The notes below the pieces were generated by a model, which was not told the DNA's origin, did not search any database, and saw only the letters and a list, made by a program, of their open reading frames with translations. A program made the translations under genes and the position numbers. A DNA stretch of 34,396 nt from NCBI GenBank assembly GCA_046049585.1, contig JBJORD010000028.1, forward strand, positions 1 to 34,396. The letters are read 5' to 3'. How positions within the stretch are numbered: the stretch's first letter is position 1; every line of letters begins with the position of its first letter. This DNA comes from Candidatus Parcubacteria bacterium (GTDB taxonomy: Bacteria > Patescibacteriota > Minisyncoccia > Phycocordibacterales > UBA918). Below, in pieces: positions 33,258-34,396 of this stretch.

Positions 33258-34396
33258 TTACTCGGCTAAATTCTTTAGTCCTTCTATCATTACTTGTTTG
33301 CGACTACCCTTGAATCCTGATCCAGCTGGGATCAACTTACCGATGATCACGTTTTCCATGAGACCGGCGAGGTTATCGTTGCTGCCCTTGACGGCTGCAT
33401 TGATGAGCACGCGAGTGGTGTTCTGGAATGAGGCGGCTGAGAGGAAACTCTTTCGAGAGAGTGACGTCTCGGTAATACCGAGGATAAGGCGTTCTGCCTT
33501 GGCCACTTCTTTTCCTTCTGCCTTGAGCTTGTTGTTGGCATCAATGAAGATCCACTCTTCCACCACATCACTGACAGTGAAGTGACTGTCACCTGGTACT
33601 GTCACCTTCACGCGGGACATCATCTGCTTCACAATGAGTTCGATATGCTTACGTGCGATGGTCACACCCTGTAGTTCGTAAATCTTGTTTACTTCAGAAA
33701 TGATATATTCCTGTGCTACTTCCTGACCACCAAACTTGAAGAGTTCTGGAAGGAGGGCCGAACCGTCGGTCATAATCTGACCAGCGCGAACAGTGTCTCC
33801 CTTTGAAACGTTCACCACACGACGGTATGGCACGGCGTACTCTTCGTTATCTTTCTTCTTTGGAGCACCTTTGGCTGTCATATCTGGTGCAATCACGATG
33901 ATCTTTTCACGACCTTCGTTACGGATATCTACCACCACACCATCATGCTTGGCAACAATCGCTGGGATCTTTGGTGCACGCTTTTCAAACACTTCTTCTA
34001 CACGTGGGAGACCTGAGGTCACGTCTCCAGCGGCTGACGCAGCACCTCCGGCGTGCTTGGTGTTCATCGTGAGCTGGGTACCTGGTTCACCAATCGCTTG
34101 GGCTGCCACTGTACCAACCGCTTCTCCGATATCAACGATCTTGTTGGTTGTGAGGTCAATACCATAACACTTCTGACACACACCACGCAGTGTCTTACAG
34201 GTCATTGGAGACCGTACCACTACTTCACCACAAGTTGATTCTTCGACAGCAATAGCGTCACGACGTGAGAGCAAGTGACCCTTCGGGAAGATCACATGAC
34301 CCTTACTATCAATAGCGTCTTCGGAAAGAATACGACCCTTGATAGCCTTACTAAAGGCGATCTCAATACCAGAAGCACTGATACGATTGATCTTGG
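33258..34396 (-). CDS. rpoC: DNA-directed RNA polymerase beta' subunit, C-terminal ~379 aa (gene continues beyond the right edge)
   Basis: Contains ...VRSPMTCKT..GVCQKCYG.DL, AVGTVAAQAIGEPGTQLTMNTKH, ITETSLSRKSFLSAASFQNTTRVL and GLMENVIIGKLIPAGSGF. The frame stays open from 34295 to 34396. Confidence 0.95.
   Translation of the reverse strand, partial: KINRISASGIEIAFSKAIKGRILSEDAIDSKGHVIFPKGHLLSRRDAIAVEESTCGEVVVRSPMTCKTLRGVCQKCYGIDLTTNKIVDIGEAVGTVAAQAIGEPGTQLTMNTKHAGGAASAAGDVTSGLPRVEEVFEKRAPKIPAIVAKHDGVVVDIRNEGREKIIVIAPDMTAKGAPKKKDNEEYAVPYRRVVNVSKGDTVRAGQIMTDGSALLPELFKFGGQEVAQEYIISEVNKIYELQGVTIARKHIELIVKQMMSRVKVTVPGDSHFTVSDVVEEWIFIDANNKLKAEGKEVAKAERLILGITETSLSRKSFLSAASFQNTTRVLINAAVKGSNDNLAGLMENVIIGKLIPAGSGFKGSRKQVMIEGLKNLAE

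Overview
This is a gene-dense chromosomal window of about 32 protein genes with no rRNA, tRNA, CRISPR array or recognisable transposase or integrase. It uses the standard genetic code: TGA, TAA and TAG all act as stops and the conserved genes are intact.

Gene content, left to right:
- F-type ATP synthase genes atpB-E-F-H-A (minus strand; atpA runs off the left edge), then a DUF2061 gene and pgi.
- A three-gene flavin module: an RnfD/NqrB-like membrane domain fused to an FNR-like reductase, a membrane-anchored FMN-binding protein, and the ApbE flavin transferase.
- A secreted lytic-transglycosylase-like protein convergent with a 909-aa membrane-anchored, phage-tail-fibre-like protein that carries a self-cleaving S74 chaperone domain.
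- An HD hydrolase, an alkyltransferase-like protein (PWHR motif) and an AlkC-like glycosylase.
- A DEAD-box helicase, truB, rpmG, class I fba, an ABC-2 transporter pair, prmC, a bPH-domain pair, hisS, a DEDDy exonuclease, uppP and a DsbA-like protein.
- A UvrD-type helicase fused to a PD-(D/E)XK nuclease, a polytopic membrane protein, rpoD, dnaG, a DUF4177 gene, a TrpR/YerC-like regulator and the 3' end of rpoC (runs off the right edge).

The reduced, mostly housekeeping content, truncated proteins and tail-fibre-domain surface protein suggest a small-genome bacterium, possibly CPR/Patescibacteria-like. That assignment is inference only.

Observations that ordinary annotation does not explain:
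1. A palindrome family with core ACTTTCATATATGAAAGT has four full copies. Two bracket the TrpR-like gene, one lies between the two alkylation-repair genes, and one sits in-frame inside prmC.
2. Long hairpin elements occur in unusual places. One is embedded in-frame in prmC and one splits the ABC operon.
3. At least 15 transcription units have a -10 box 6-9 nt upstream of the start codon and no Shine-Dalgarno sequence, which suggests leaderless mRNAs.
4. The flavin module looks like a minimal NQR/RNF-like system.
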